This document shows positions 34,663-35,201 of a DNA stretch of 35,201 nucleotides, in pieces (within the stretch, counting starts at the first letter, position 1; each line of letters starts with the position of its first letter). Below the pieces are notes generated by a model, which was not told the origin of the DNA, did not search any database, and worked only from the letters and a program-made list of their open reading frames with translations. The stretch is from Gemmatimonadota bacterium (GTDB lineage: Bacteria > Gemmatimonadota > Gemmatimonadetes > Palauibacterales > KS3-K002): contig JBDHJS010000037.1 of NCBI GenBank assembly GCA_039586795.1, forward strand, positions 1-35,201, written 5' to 3'. The translations under genes and the position numbers were made by a program.

Positions 34663-35201
34663 CTAACCTGGCCTCACACAGCTGAAACTCGCAGCACCCC
34701 TCGGGTCACCGACGCCGTCGTATTCCAGCACGTTCGGATAGGCGCACACCGGCCGTGACCCGGCTGGCTGCATGCTCTCGTCCAGCCAATAGGCGACGAT
34801 CTGGTCCGGCGCTCTTCCGGACTCTACCCAGTTGTCGATTTCATCCAGGAAATTGACCCAGGATGGCCCGGGACCACCGAAACAATGCTCGACACCCGGC
34901 ATCAGGAACATCCGCACATCGTCTGCCGCGGTCTCGTCTTCGGTCAGCACCTGCTCGTAGTACTCGACGAACGCGAGCGACGTCTGCGCGTTGTCCGACC
35001 ACCCGTTGTAGATCAGGAGCTTGCCACCGCGCTCGCGGAACGCCGACAGATCCGGATTCGTGGCGTTCAGGGTCTGCGCGACCCGCTCGGCGTCCTTTTC
35101 GAAATCGTCCCAGTCGTAACCCACATAGCTCCAGTCGGGATCGTTGTAGACGAAGTACTTCATGACCCCGTTTCCAAACCCGAAATACGCGTTGGGTTCG
35201 A
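34663..35201 (-). CDS. Tannase/feruloyl esterase family alpha/beta hydrolase, C-terminal part (5' end beyond the window)
   Basis: ATNPDLSAFRERGGKLLIYNGWSD, FLMPGVEHCFGGPGP, WVESGRAP and SRPVCAYP. The frame is open to the window edge. Confidence 0.92.
   Translation of the reverse strand, partial: EPNAYFGFGNGVMKYFVYNDPDWSYVGYDWDDFEKDAERVAQTLNATNPDLSAFRERGGKLLIYNGWSDNAQTSLAFVEYYEQVLTEDETAADDVRMFLMPGVEHCFGGPGPSWVNFLDEIDNWVESGRAPDQIVAYWLDESMQPAGSRPVCAYPNVLEYDGVGDPRGAASFSCVRPG

Overview
GC-rich bacterial chromosomal segment with about 30 mostly minus-strand genes. The taxonomy is inferred as Gemmatimonadota-like from the kinase–TolB fusion, duplicated orphan ABC permease and VPS10/BNR protein. Most genes are ordinary: a partial beta-carbonic anhydrase, two Ser/Thr kinases, hydrolases, a B12-binding radical SAM enzyme, a four-gene ABC system, MscS and a partial tannase-family hydrolase. 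The standout is an AhpD/CMD-like gene that the ORF track truncates at 7285. The reading frame continues through an in-frame TGA at the second Cys position of the CxxC motif (C-E-Y-U). It then reaches a second TGA one codon before the TAG stop (W-Y-G-U-G-stop). Each TGA is followed 12-13 nt later by a perfect 7-bp hairpin with a 3-nt loop starting with G, i.e. two candidate bacterial SECIS elements. This suggests a 135-aa selenoprotein with two Sec residues and a thioredoxin-reductase-like penultimate Sec tail. Other items worth checking are a second CMD protein with a C-terminal Cys-Cys pair, a small His/Cys-rich membrane peptide, a frameshifted lipoprotein, a probable in-frame chimeric gene, a long strand-specific intergenic hairpin and a heptamer repeat tract. 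No rRNA, tRNA, CRISPR array, transposase or integrase was recognised. Family assignments come from motif recognition only; no searches were run.
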